Origin: a virus
Lineage: Duplodnaviria; Caudoviricetes
Length of the DNA: 64,000 nucleotides
Reading direction: 5' to 3' (one strand)
IMG/VR virus record: IMGVR_UViG_3300010163_003556
Span: 3,687-67,686 of that record
This document shows positions 1-9,680 of this stretch, piece after piece (positions within the stretch are counted from its first letter, which is position 1; each line of letters opens with the position of its first letter). The notes beneath the pieces are model-generated. The model was not told the origin of the DNA, did not search any database, and saw nothing but the letters and a program-made list of their open reading frames with translations. Made by a program: the position numbers and the translations under genes.

Positions 1-1
1 G

Positions 2-679
2 GCGGCAGGCACCTTAAATGCAGAAAGTGCAAAAAACGCGGACGTTGACGAAGTTTCGGCACTTGGCGAAGCGGAAAAAACAAGCGCGCCCCTCGATGGA
101 ATATTCGAAGCGCGAAATAATATAGCTCCCGAAGCGGCTGCCGCGGGAGCGCAGGAAGAATTCAAGGAACAGAAAATAGGAAAGTTCAAAAACCCGCAGG
201 AATTGCTGCGCGCGTACGGCGAGCTTGAAAAAGAGTTTACCCGCCGTTCGCAGAGGCTTAAAGAACTTGAAAACGGCAAACATGCGCCTAAGACCGAAGA
301 GGATTGGAAAGAGTCGGTGGACAAGTTTTTCGAGGAAATCCCCGCCGCGAAGGCTTTCGCCAAAGATATGGCAAAGGTCATTATTTCCGACCCCGCGCTT
401 AAAGAGCAGGACGACTGCCTTAAAGTTGCGCTGCTTCGCGTGCTTACCGACAAGTTCCGAACCCCCGAACAGCTTATGAACGACGGAGAATTTTTGAAAA
501 ACTACGTTCTCGGCTCCGACGCCGTCCGCAATGCGGTCATTGCCGATTATATGGGCGAACTAAGGCGCGATATGCCCCCGAAAACGCTCCTGAACGGCGG
601 CCTGCAATGCGTGGCTCCGAAGGTCAAACCGAAAACCATAGAGGAAGCCGGTTTTCTGTTTTTGAAGAATAACAAATAG
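2..679 (+). CDS. Capsid assembly scaffolding protein (T7 gp9-like), 5'-truncated by window edge; flanking cluster
   Basis: Frame is open from base 2 to the stop at 677-679. Acidic Ala-rich N-terminus, then GKFKNPQELLRAYGELEKEFTRRSQ, matching the GKFK..EL..AY.ELEK motif of podoviral scaffolds. Lies directly upstream of the MCP. Confidence 0.7.
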   Translation, partial: AAGTLNAESAKNADVDEVSALGEAEKTSAPLDGIFEARNNIAPEAAAAGAQEEFKEQKIGKFKNPQELLRAYGELEKEFTRRSQRLKELENGKHAPKTEEDWKESVDKFFEEIPAAKAFAKDMAKVIISDPALKEQDDCLKVALLRVLTDKFRTPEQLMNDGEFLKNYVLGSDAVRNAVIADYMGELRRDMPPKTLLNGGLQCVAPKVKPKTIEEAGFLFLKNNK

Positions 680-690
680 AGGAGAATATT

Positions 691-1829
691 ATGGTAACAT
701 TATCAAACGCCGATAAGGCGTTAAAAACTTTTTATCTCGGCGTACTCGCCGATCAGCTCAACGTGGGCGTAAACCCCTTGCTCGCGAAAATCGGTCAGAC
801 CACAGCGGATGTATGGGGCAAGGAGGTCAAAAAGCTCGCTCCTTACGGAATTAACGGCGGTATCGGCTCGGGCGAGGAAACCGACAACCTGCCCAAGAGC
901 GGCTCGAATAACTACGCGCAGTTCACGCTTACGCTAAAAAACCTGTTCGGGAAAATCGAGCTTTCCGATAAGGCTATCCGCGCATCCCAGAACAGTGCGG
1001 GCGCGTTCGTCAACCTGCTCAATGCGGAAATGGAAGGATTGCTTAAAGCGAGCAAGTTCAACTTCGGACGTATGCTTTACGGCGACGGCTCCGGACTTCT
1101 TGCAACGACCGTCGACAACGCAGGCACCGCAAACAACGTGATAACGGTAGACAACGTCAAGTGCCTTATGGAAGGTATGACTATCGACGTCTATAACGGC
1201 GCGGGAGTTAAGCAGGATATTTCGGGCGCACGTATTGCCCTGATTGACAGAACGAATAAAAACGTCGTTCTCGACAGAGCGGCAGCTTCGAAGATCGGTG
1301 CTGGTTACTGCATCTACGTTCAGGGTTCGAAAAACAATGAAATTACGGGTCTTGAAGCAATTTTCGGCGGAAGCGAGAATATATACGGATTGTCGAGAAA
1401 GGACTACACCTTCCTCACGCCTTATACCAAGACGATCAACGACACCGTTACGATAAGCGCGATTCAGGACGCTATCGACGCTATCGAGGAAAACGCGGGC
1501 GGCACGATTGACTTTATCGTTGCATCCTACGGAGTCCGCAAGCAGTACGTCGACCACCTCGCGGGAACCCGCACGAACGTGGATTATCTCACGCTCGACG
1601 GCGGCTACAAGGCACTCAGCTATTCGGGCATTCCTTTCGTCGCAGACAGATTCGTCGGCGAGGGCGATATGTATCTGCTCAACAGCGGCGACTTCAAGCT
1701 TCATCAGCTCTGCGACTGGCGTTGGCTCGAGGGAGAGAGCGGAAGCGTTCTCCATCAGGTACCCGGCAAGGCTTGCTATTCGGCGACCCTCGTCAAGTAT
1801 GCGGATTTGCTCTGCGAGCGTCCGTATGG
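691..1829 (+). pseudogene. Major capsid protein (HK97 fold), N-terminal 379 codons, interrupted by the prophage (ORF runs on to 1905 in prophage DNA)
   Basis: RBS GAGGAG. Capsid-like sequence (GGIGSGEETDNLP, LKNLFGKIELSDKAIRAS, FVADRF, YSATLVKYADLLCERP). After ERPY the ORF turns into AT-rich, A-tract sequence (GREKSLTKKGQKMG). Confidence 0.8.
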
Positions 1830-1845
1830 ACGGGAAAAAAGTCTA
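1815..1845. other. Putative attL junction (core GG at 1828-1829, within CCGT-ATGG-ACGG)
   Basis: MCP-like coding sequence stops here. ATGG is shared with the right junction (TGCC-ATGG-GGCA, 60296-60307). A GG crossover restores the reading frame. Confidence 0.65.
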
Positions 1846-2212
1846 ACGAAAAAAGGGCAAAAAATGGGGGTTTTTACCCATAAAAAGGGCATTTTTCAAG
1901 CCTAAAAATTGAAGAATAGACATTTTGACCTTTCAAGGTCTGAACAGTAGACAAACATTTCCGACAATTCAAAAAAAAGTTGCATTTTTAGCATTGTACG
2001 GTTTGTCTATTTTTTGACGATAAATAGCAACGGAAAGACCCTTATAAAAGGGCAACAATTAACCACGAAAACAACGGCTGAAACGGCAAACAAAGCCGTT
2101 CCCGATAAAGATAAATCCACCCACTTTGCAAACGGTTCAAGCGAACGGAGAGTTCGTGCGGGGCAAATATTAGAACCGAATGCCGAGTGGGTGAATTTTT
2201 TTTGCATTTTAG

Positions 2213-2269
2213 AAAAGTCATACTTTTGCGACTTTTGTCCTTTACAAAGTGAACCAAATATGCTAAAAT
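2213..2269 (+). promoter_or_regulatory. SigA-type promoter of the WYL gene with upstream inverted repeats
   Basis: TTTACA (2241-2246), 17 bp spacer, TAAAAT (2264-2269) with extended TG. AAAAGTC-N10-GACTTTT (2213-2236) is a candidate autoregulatory operator. Confidence 0.55.
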
Positions 2270-2299
2270 AAAGGGACTCTAAAATGGAGGTCCATAGGG

Positions 2300-3313
2300 A
2301 TGAGTGCTGAAAGCGTTTCAAAAATCAAGTACCTAAAAATATGGGACATACTCCGACAGGAAACGGACGAAGAGCATCCGATGACAACCCCTGACCTTTT
2401 GGCAAGGTTGGAAGAGAGCGGAATCAAGTGCGACCGTAGAACGCTCTATCGCAACATAGAGGAACTAAACGAATGCGGTTACGAAGTGCTGACCAAGGTA
2501 GGAAAACCGAACGGTTACTATGTGGTAGACCGTAGCTTTGACATACCCGAAATTCATATCCTAATGGACGCTGTGCAAGCGGCTAGCTTTATCACCGAGA
2601 AGAAGACTAAATTGCTTGTAGACAAAATAGCAAGGCTAGCAGGCAACAAGGCAGCCGAGGTTCTCAAGCAGAATATAGTGGACTTTGATACGGTGAAGAG
2701 TACGAATGAGAATATCTACTATTCGGTGAACGAAATAGCCACGGCAATCAACGAGGGACTGAAAATCACCTTCCAATACTTTGACTACAATGCTCAAGGT
2801 AAAAAAGTTTATAGGATGCGGAAGAGCGTTCCAACGGAGCGGAAGACATACAAGGTGAGTCCGCTCTCAACTGTGTTCAGTAGCGACAAATACTACCTAA
2901 TTTGCTACGATGACTACTACGACAATTTGCAACATTACCGAGTGGACAGAATGGATTCGGTGACGATGGTAGAAGAGCCGATAACAAAAACCGAGAAGAC
3001 AAAGCAGCTCAAGGTGAAAGAACACAAACAGCAAGTCTTTTGGATGTTCACGGGCAAGACAGAGCAAGTATCGTTCGCCGCCGACAAATGCCTCATCGAT
3101 GTGATGCATGACACATTCGGCGGAAAGGTTAGGATAAATGAAGGGGCAAACGACACGATAACATTCACAGCCAACGTGCAAGTCAGTCCGACCTTTATCG
3201 CATGGTGCTGTGCCTTTGGAAAGCAGTTGCTAGTAACAGCGCCCCAGAACGTTATTGAGCAAGTGAGAAACTATATAAACGACTTAAGTGGAAGATATGG
3301 AGGGAACAACTAA
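2300..3313 (+). CDS. WYL-domain transcriptional regulator (wHTH-WYL-WCX; BrxR/PafC-like)
   Basis: N-terminal wHTH (CDRRTLYRNIEEL), WYL core (KYYLICYDD...HYRVDRM) and C-terminal WCX-like region (FIAWCCAFG). Confidence 0.85.
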   Translation: MSAESVSKIKYLKIWDILRQETDEEHPMTTPDLLARLEESGIKCDRRTLYRNIEELNECGYEVLTKVGKPNGYYVVDRSFDIPEIHILMDAVQAASFITEKKTKLLVDKIARLAGNKAAEVLKQNIVDFDTVKSTNENIYYSVNEIATAINEGLKITFQYFDYNAQGKKVYRMRKSVPTERKTYKVSPLSTVFSSDKYYLICYDDYYDNLQHYRVDRMDSVTMVEEPITKTEKTKQLKVKEHKQQVFWMFTGKTEQVSFAADKCLIDVMHDTFGGKVRINEGANDTITFTANVQVSPTFIAWCCAFGKQLLVTAPQNVIEQVRNYINDLSGRYGGNN

Positions 3314-3402
3314 CCCATTAATTTTACGGCTATTCGATGAGATAAGAAAGACAATATCGATAATAATTTTTAGTTTTTCGACTACGAATTCCATACCGAG
3401 TA

Positions 3403-3451
3403 AATATCACCGTGATATTCCGTTGATTTTTGGCTTATTTTGTGGTAAAAT
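3403..3451 (+). promoter_or_regulatory. Promoter of the methyltransferase operon with a perfect palindrome
   Basis: AATATCAC-C-GTGATATT (3403-3419) directly upstream of TTGATT (3423-3428), 17 bp spacer, TAAAAT (3446-3451). Confidence 0.55.
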
Positions 3452-3524
3452 ATTTTATGGCTTCTTTTGGCAAGAAGAAATGTCGATAGAGTAAGGTGTA
3501 AGTATATTTTTTTAAGAGGTAAAT

Positions 3525-4484
3525 ATGGCTCGAAAGAAACAGTCAGATTATTCAGTTATATCATTTTTTTGTGGCTGTGGAGGCTTTGACTTAGGTTTTC
3601 AGGGCGGATTTGAATATAATGGTACTGCATACGATAAGCTCCCTTTTAATGTTATAGCCGCCTATGATTTTGACCCGCTTTGTGTGCAAACTTATAATGA
3701 CAACATTCATGAAGTTGCAGAGCAGCTAGATTTAGGCACAGCGGATGTTTCGAAAATGCCATATGCCGATATATTGGCAGGGGGATTCCCTTGTCAGGAC
3801 TTTTCACTTTGTGGGCCACTTCTTGGTTTAGAGTCCGAACGTGGACGATTATATTTGGCAATGAAAAGGTATATGAATTTTCATAAGCCCAAAATGGTCA
3901 TTGGAGAGAATGTATACAATTTGCTAAATATGAAAAATGGAGAAGTCTTAAAGCGAATTTTGAGTGACTTCGAAGAAGAAGGATATAAATTTACTGTTTG
4001 GAAAATGCCATGCAAAAAATATGGTATTCCCCAGATGCGCATGAGAATAATTGTGGTTGGCATAAGAGAGGACATTTTCGAACGAAAAGGCTTTCCAATT
4101 CCGCCCGAAGAGAGTAGTGATATTAAAACCATTGAATGGGCAATCGGCGACCTTATTAATGTTACTGATGAATCTATACCAAACCAAAGTCAGTATTTTC
4201 GAGCAAACAAAACCCCCGGTAACGGAGTGCAGGGTGATGAAGTAAGCAAAAGAGATCAGCCTGCTTATACCGTAAGGGCAAACTCACGTTCACATATTCA
4301 ATTCCATTACGAGTTGCCTCGACGGTTAACAGTTCGTGAATGCGCTAGAATACAAACATTCCCAGACACATTTGTATTTAAGCATAGTCTCACACGCAAT
4401 ATGCGGCAAATTGGGAATGCAGTTCCCCCGCTTTTAGCCTACAAGGTAGGATGTTCTGTAAAGAATTACTTGGTTAAAAAATAA
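3525..4484 (+). CDS. DNA (cytosine-5)-methyltransferase
   Basis: Motifs I (FCGCGG), IV (GGFPCQDFS), VI (ENV), VIII (QMRMR), IX (RRLTVRECARIQTFPD) and X (QIGNAVPP). Confidence 0.95.
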   Translation: MARKKQSDYSVISFFCGCGGFDLGFQGGFEYNGTAYDKLPFNVIAAYDFDPLCVQTYNDNIHEVAEQLDLGTADVSKMPYADILAGGFPCQDFSLCGPLLGLESERGRLYLAMKRYMNFHKPKMVIGENVYNLLNMKNGEVLKRILSDFEEEGYKFTVWKMPCKKYGIPQMRMRIIVVGIREDIFERKGFPIPPEESSDIKTIEWAIGDLINVTDESIPNQSQYFRANKTPGNGVQGDEVSKRDQPAYTVRANSRSHIQFHYELPRRLTVRECARIQTFPDTFVFKHSLTRNMRQIGNAVPPLLAYKVGCSVKNYLVKK

Positions 4485-4501
4485 CCGAAGGAGTAGAAAT
4501 A

Positions 4502-6847
4502 ATGGCTGACTCGTTTGTTGATATCACGCCAACCCCAAGAACATTGAGAATGTTGGGCGAAATCCCGTTCTCACCTTGGCAATGCTTTGCCGAGTTAATT
4601 GACAATGCGGTCGACGCATTTCTCGCAGATGATATGGAGCATGAAGACCGCCGAATTCAAATTATTTGGTCTCCTGAAAGGGTTGGACTTAAAGAGCGGA
4701 CCATCGAGATTATTGACAATGCCTGCGGCATGACGCTTGAGCAGATGACAAACGCTGTCAAAGCAGGTTATTCGGGAAACGACCCAATTAATAATTTGGG
4801 TCTCTTTGGAATGGGATATAATATTGCTACAGCTCGCCTTGGAGATAAATCTACAATTTATACTACGAGAGCAGGTGACGATAAATGGGTTGGTGTAGAA
4901 ATCGACTTTACCCAATTAATATCACAAAAGACATTCAAAACTCCTGTTGTTTATCGGGACAAGGAAGATATATCCGAACATGGAACTAAAATCATTATAT
5001 CGAAGTTGAACAATGGTATCTATAACGATATTTCCACCAAGACAACCGCAATTCGAAAGCAACTTGAAAATGTGTATTCGGTGCTTCTTGAAAAGCATAA
5101 TATTGAAATATATGTCCAAGGGCGGAGGCTTGTACCAAAAAAATACTGTGTTTGGTCGCCTGAAAGATATGTAATGAGAGATGGGCAACGAGTATATGCG
5201 GTTCAAAAAATAGACAGGGTACTCGGCGAAACCTACTTTGATATGGAACGTAATAGATATTTATCGCCAGAGCAAGAAGACGAGATAGAAATAGCAGTAT
5301 CAAGAGGCGAAGCGATTCCCCCTACAATTGTAAAAAGACAAAAACGACTTAAGGGATGGGTAGGAATTCAACGGTTCTTTTCGACCAATGATTACGGCAT
5401 AGATTTTGTAAGGAATGGTAGAAAAATATTAATTGCTAATAAAGATGCATTTTATTTTGAAGACGGGGCAACAGGTAGTTCAACCATTCAGTACCCTGTA
5501 GAGTTAGGTTCGACAGTCGGCGGACGCATCGTTGGTGTTGTCGAGGTGGATTACCTACTGCCAACATACCAAAAAAATGACTTTGTTAGAACGGACCTTT
5601 CATGGATACAAACTATGGAAGCAATTAGAGGTCAAGGCCCAATATTACCAAATGCTAGGAAAGCATATGGATATGCAGACAAGAATGAATCCCCTGTAGG
5701 AATTCTTGCAACAGCTTATCGCCGTCCAGACAAAGGTAGCAAAAACCTTGTATTACCTAAAGATGTTGCGAAGGCATTTGCGGATAGATTTTATAAGGGA
5801 GATGCTGAATACATATCGGATGAAAAATGGTTTCAAGCCGTTCGAGAAGCTGACCGAGATGTGGGTACTTTCGGGGCAGGTGAGGCAGGCGATGTCGACG
5901 TTGGGGATGCGCCGTCTGATGATGTGAGCGCATATTTTGGAGAGGACGAAGTAACTGAGGTTGAATCTCAAACTACCCACGAAGACGAACCACAAAAAGG
6001 GACTCCGACCCAAACAGCATCATCCAGTTGTGACGAATTGTTGCGGGCATCGGAAGAAAATGCCATTCTATCTCGCCAGTATGCATATAACCCCTATCCA
6101 TTAACCGTTAGAGCGCACAAAATGAAAAGTGATATTATTCGCTATAATGGGAAAAGAGTCCCTGCGGCGTTCTTTTCGGATGGAATAGAGTGCGATTTTT
6201 TCTATGATCCGAGGCATGAATTGTTAGCGCAATTCCCTTCTTGCAACCCTGAAAGTCTATTGATGATTTATCTCGCCAATAAGTTTGCGGCAAGAGATAG
6301 TGTAGGCGACATAGTCTCTATATACAGCGCATTAACAGTCTCGGAGTTAAAAGAAATGCGCGTAGATAAGAGTTCACTCAATGAGCAAGCAACGTTGTTT
6401 TTCGATGAGTTTAGAGAAAGACTCGAACTCGCACTGTCCCACAAGTATAGGGAAGTCATAGCTTGTCTAAAAGAATCCGTTGGCGAAGAGGAAGCAACAA
6501 TTACTGCTCTTCTAACCGAGCCAGACTTATTATCGGCATATAATGAAGACTCAGCCGAGGCAATAGGAATCATACGGTATGTACCATTGAACACTTTAAT
6601 TAGACTTGTGGATCGATTCCCCGAAAGTGTTTTTGATGGAATTGTGTTTAAGGCCAAATTCAACACCTTGCCCAACACGGGCAACGCAGATTCAATGGAG
6701 CGTATTAAATCGGAAGCAAAAGAAAGAATAGTTTCCATGTTGAAAGATGCTCTTCTAGTACAGGGAGAAAAAAGCGCACGATTGTCAAAGAATGAAATGA
6801 CAAAGTGTGCGTGGAGTATTGCTACCCTTAAAGGGGAGTTGAAATAA
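4502..6847 (+). CDS. GHKL (MORC/MutL-like) ATPase with long uncharacterised C-terminal region
   Basis: ELIDNAVDA (N box), IIDNACGM (G1), GLFGMG (G2), GTKIII. S5-like region GWVGIQR/GIDFVRNGRKI, acidic linker and helical C-terminus. Confidence 0.8.
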   Translation: MADSFVDITPTPRTLRMLGEIPFSPWQCFAELIDNAVDAFLADDMEHEDRRIQIIWSPERVGLKERTIEIIDNACGMTLEQMTNAVKAGYSGNDPINNLGLFGMGYNIATARLGDKSTIYTTRAGDDKWVGVEIDFTQLISQKTFKTPVVYRDKEDISEHGTKIIISKLNNGIYNDISTKTTAIRKQLENVYSVLLEKHNIEIYVQGRRLVPKKYCVWSPERYVMRDGQRVYAVQKIDRVLGETYFDMERNRYLSPEQEDEIEIAVSRGEAIPPTIVKRQKRLKGWVGIQRFFSTNDYGIDFVRNGRKILIANKDAFYFEDGATGSSTIQYPVELGSTVGGRIVGVVEVDYLLPTYQKNDFVRTDLSWIQTMEAIRGQGPILPNARKAYGYADKNESPVGILATAYRRPDKGSKNLVLPKDVAKAFADRFYKGDAEYISDEKWFQAVREADRDVGTFGAGEAGDVDVGDAPSDDVSAYFGEDEVTEVESQTTHEDEPQKGTPTQTASSSCDELLRASEENAILSRQYAYNPYPLTVRAHKMKSDIIRYNGKRVPAAFFSDGIECDFFYDPRHELLAQFPSCNPESLLMIYLANKFAARDSVGDIVSIYSALTVSELKEMRVDKSSLNEQATLFFDEFRERLELALSHKYREVIACLKESVGEEEATITALLTEPDLLSAYNEDSAEAIGIIRYVPLNTLIRLVDRFPESVFDGIVFKAKFNTLPNTGNADSMERIKSEAKERIVSMLKDALLVQGEKSARLSKNEMTKCAWSIATLKGELK

Positions 6848-8505
6848 TGGCATCCTTTTTGACAGACAACATAATGAAGGGAACGGATTGGCGTGCGCTC
6901 GAAAGGGCGGTCGCTCGCCTTATGACGTTAGCTGGATGGGACAATGTCGAGGTTGTTGGAGAAACAGGCGATAAGGGTGCAGACATTATAGGAGTAAGAA
7001 AGCAGAACGGACATAAGCAGACATGGGTGGTGCAAGTCAAAGCAAAGACTATGGGTGAAATGGTCGGAGCAACAGCGGTACGTGAGGTTATGACAGCGAT
7101 GTCGGTTTATGGAGCTAATGTTGCAGCAGTAGCTACAAATGCAGACTTCACGGAAAGTGCAAGAAAACGGCAGAAAGAATTACAATCACAAGGGTTTGAC
7201 CTAAAATTGTGGAATGGAAGATTTTTGTTGGATTTACTAGCGCAACTCCCTGAATATAAGGCGTTAAGACCTTTGCGCCCATATCAAGAAGATATTGTCA
7301 ACAAGGCAAAAAGTATTTACGAAAACCATGGAAAACGTGCTTTATACATAGTTGCCACAGGGTTGGGAAAGACAGTCATTGCATCTAGAATCACCAACTA
7401 TTTGTGGTCAATGGGGAACAGACGGTTTTTAGTATTGTGCCATGCTCAAGATTTAGCCCTGCAATTGGAACAAAGTTTCTGGAAGGAAATTTCAAAGGAT
7501 GTTCCGACAAGGACGTTTTTTGGTGGACGTCCGCCACTTATATATGAAGGTATAAATTTTGGTCTGTATCAAACATTTACTAATTATTTAAGCGGCATAG
7601 AGGAAAAAGATTTCGATGTTGTCATAGTGGACGAAGCTCATCACGCAATGGCAAATGGTTTTACCACTTGCCTTTCGTCATTGAATCCAAATTTTCTCAT
7701 AGGCATGACTGCTACTCCATGGCGAGGTGATGGGAAATCAATGAGCAATATTTTCGGAGAGCCAATCGCTACGGTATCCTTGGTTGATGGGATGCGTGAT
7801 AAGTACCTAGCTGACATTGATTATAGGCTTTTTTGCGACAACATAGATTGGGATAGTATTCATGAGATGTCAAGCAAAAAACACAGTATTCGGGACTTGA
7901 ATAAGAGGTTATTTTTACCACAGCGCGATGAAGCTATTATTTCACAGATACAAAAAGCTTGCAAAGAGATCCCCAACCCAAGAATTATAGTTTTTACTCC
8001 GTCCATAGAACACGGAGAAAAATTTGCTCGTTTATTGACTATATCAGGAATCTCATGTGCCTCGCTATCAGGAATGGATAAAATCACTCGGAGAAGAAAC
8101 CTTTTAGATTTTTCCACAGGGAAAATTCAAGCAGTTACAGCAGTTGACATTCTGAACGAGGGTATAGATGTCCCAGATGTTAATATATTGGTATTCCTAC
8201 GAGCAACACATTCTAGGCGGATTTTCGTTCAGCAGTTGGGACGCGGATTGAGAATAAGTCCAACGAAAAAGAGTGTTGTGGTTCTTGACTTCGTTTCGGA
8301 TATTCGGCGTATAGCTGAAGTCATCCAAATGGATAGAGAAGCTAGAGAAAAATGTATGGATTCCGAAACGATGTATCTGCGAAACGGGCTTGTCACATTT
8401 AGCGACCAAAAAGTGGGTAGTTTCATGATGGAGTGGCTTGCAGATATTGCAGATGTAGCAAATTGTGATGAAAACGAAAAACTTTCATTCCCGGAGGATT
8501 ATTGA
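6847..8505 (+). CDS. Mrr-like PD-(D/E)XK nuclease fused to SF2 (ResIII-type) helicase
   Basis: N-terminal ERAVARL...GDKGADI...VQVK...TNADFT (Mrr_cat pattern). Helicase motifs ATGLGKT, DEAHH, TATPWRGD, NEGIDVP and QQLGRGLR. Translationally coupled to the ATPase gene. Confidence 0.85.
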   Translation: MASFLTDNIMKGTDWRALERAVARLMTLAGWDNVEVVGETGDKGADIIGVRKQNGHKQTWVVQVKAKTMGEMVGATAVREVMTAMSVYGANVAAVATNADFTESARKRQKELQSQGFDLKLWNGRFLLDLLAQLPEYKALRPLRPYQEDIVNKAKSIYENHGKRALYIVATGLGKTVIASRITNYLWSMGNRRFLVLCHAQDLALQLEQSFWKEISKDVPTRTFFGGRPPLIYEGINFGLYQTFTNYLSGIEEKDFDVVIVDEAHHAMANGFTTCLSSLNPNFLIGMTATPWRGDGKSMSNIFGEPIATVSLVDGMRDKYLADIDYRLFCDNIDWDSIHEMSSKKHSIRDLNKRLFLPQRDEAIISQIQKACKEIPNPRIIVFTPSIEHGEKFARLLTISGISCASLSGMDKITRRRNLLDFSTGKIQAVTAVDILNEGIDVPDVNILVFLRATHSRRIFVQQLGRGLRISPTKKSVVVLDFVSDIRRIAEVIQMDREAREKCMDSETMYLRNGLVTFSDQKVGSFMMEWLADIADVANCDENEKLSFPEDY

Positions 8506-9077
8506 TGGGACAGCGTGTTGTTATTCCACCTACTGTAAAGGCACAAGTTGTAAGTAGGGTAAGAGAGCAATTAGAAGAAGCGGGGTATTTCTCCCAAGGT
8601 TTATTTAATAGCACCGTCATGCTCGATGATATGGCGGCGGATTCCCAAATTGGTGGCGTACTTGCTCAATATATGAGAAAGGACAAAGTCCGTACCTATA
8701 TCAAAGATTGTATAATTGGAAAGTATGCCAAAAAGAAAAACGGAGAACTTCTTTCTACCGAAAGACTCAAGTTTGAATTGGAAAAAAGAGAAGGAACCGT
8801 GTCGCTTCACGCCGAAAAAAACCAAGTTGTAACTTTCATAAATGAAAACGATGGGTGTTTTATTTTTGCAGCCAAAGGGACAGTATTAAAATGGGAATCA
8901 GCATTACGAAAAGTGTTAGAGCTTCGGGTGCAGATAGATGCAGGGCAGGAAGGGATGCAAGTAAAGACCTATCTTTTCCTTTCAAATACAGGTAGGACGC
9001 TAACAGACGGTGAACGACAAAACCTAAATAGGACATTAGGTCTCGTAAACGTGAAAGTGATAATTATTAACGCATAA
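8505..9077 (+). CDS. Hypothetical protein, last gene of the methyltransferase-ATPase-helicase operon
   Basis: RBS GGAGG and TGATG stop/start coupling; followed by a terminator. No family recognised. Confidence 0.7.
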   Translation: MGQRVVIPPTVKAQVVSRVREQLEEAGYFSQGLFNSTVMLDDMAADSQIGGVLAQYMRKDKVRTYIKDCIIGKYAKKKNGELLSTERLKFELEKREGTVSLHAEKNQVVTFINENDGCFIFAAKGTVLKWESALRKVLELRVQIDAGQEGMQVKTYLFLSNTGRTLTDGERQNLNRTLGLVNVKVIIINA

Positions 9078-9092
9078 ATATAACGATACAAT

Positions 9093-9120
9093 AAAAGCGA
9101 CCATAACGGTCGCTTTTTTT
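9093..9120. terminator. Bidirectional intrinsic terminator
   Basis: AAAAGCGACC-ATAAC-GGTCGCTTTTTTT between convergent genes. Confidence 0.8.
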
Positions 9121-9680
9121 TATTGTTTGAGATTTGCTTCGGAGAGTTCTAACACGGCATCGATAATCGCTTGATTACGAGCCGTAAGTGAGTTCTTAAT
9201 ACGCCTTTTTTTAATCGGTAGCGGAGCAACCTCGCCTTTGGCAATAGCAAGGATAGAAGCATGAAGTTGTTCCTTATTCATAGCATAGGACCGAGCAACG
9301 CCGACATTGCAACAGATGATATCTAGGGCAAATTTTGTCAAGGTGGATAGCCCCTCTTCAATATCGGCAATGGAATGATAGCACATTTCTTCTTCATCAA
9401 TGACGGGTATATCTATTGGCTTGAGATTAGCTTCGGAGAAAGCCAACACAGCATCGACAAGGTCCTCGTTACGATTCGGTCTCGGTTGCCAGATATTTCG
9501 TTGGTATATCGGCAGCGGAGCAACCTCGCCTTTGGCAATAGCAAGGATAGTAGCACGAAGCAGTTCCATATTCATAGCATAGGATCTTGAAACACCCACA
9601 TAACGTGCTACTTGTTCAAGAGCGGATTTCCCCAAATAATTAAGACGGTTTTCAATATCAGCAATAGAATTATAGGTCAT
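9120..9680 (-). CDS. Protein made of two tandem Rho N-terminal-like domains
   Basis: Two ~98 aa repeats (SIADIE..L..L.K.AL..V..VGV.RSYAMN.E.L.A.ILAIAKGEVAPLPI). A DNA repeat at 9221 and 9515 has a 294 nt period. RBS GGAGA precedes the ATG at 9680. Confidence 0.55.
   Translation of the reverse strand: MTYNSIADIENRLNYLGKSALEQVARYVGVSRSYAMNMELLRATILAIAKGEVAPLPIYQRNIWQPRPNRNEDLVDAVLAFSEANLKPIDIPVIDEEEMCYHSIADIEEGLSTLTKFALDIICCNVGVARSYAMNKEQLHASILAIAKGEVAPLPIKKRRIKNSLTARNQAIIDAVLELSEANLKQ

Noticed and set aside
934-1755. 273 aa minus-strand ORF, and other long antisense ORFs (26721-28166, 44376-45383, 62861-63904, 25192-25956)
   Set aside because: They are shadows of well-supported plus-strand genes (MCP, primase, capsid, coiled-coil protein), with no motifs or RBS.
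1830-1905. Apparent C-terminus of the 404 aa MCP ORF (GREKSLTKKGQKMG...)
   Set aside because: It is read-through into A-tract-rich prophage DNA beyond attL, not capsid sequence.
3525-9077. Assignment to DISARM, BREX or a classical type I/III RM system
   Set aside because: DrmA/B/C, PglZ/BrxC, HsdS/HsdM and Mod hallmarks were not recognised; only the C5 methyltransferase and SF2 helicase are generic overlaps.
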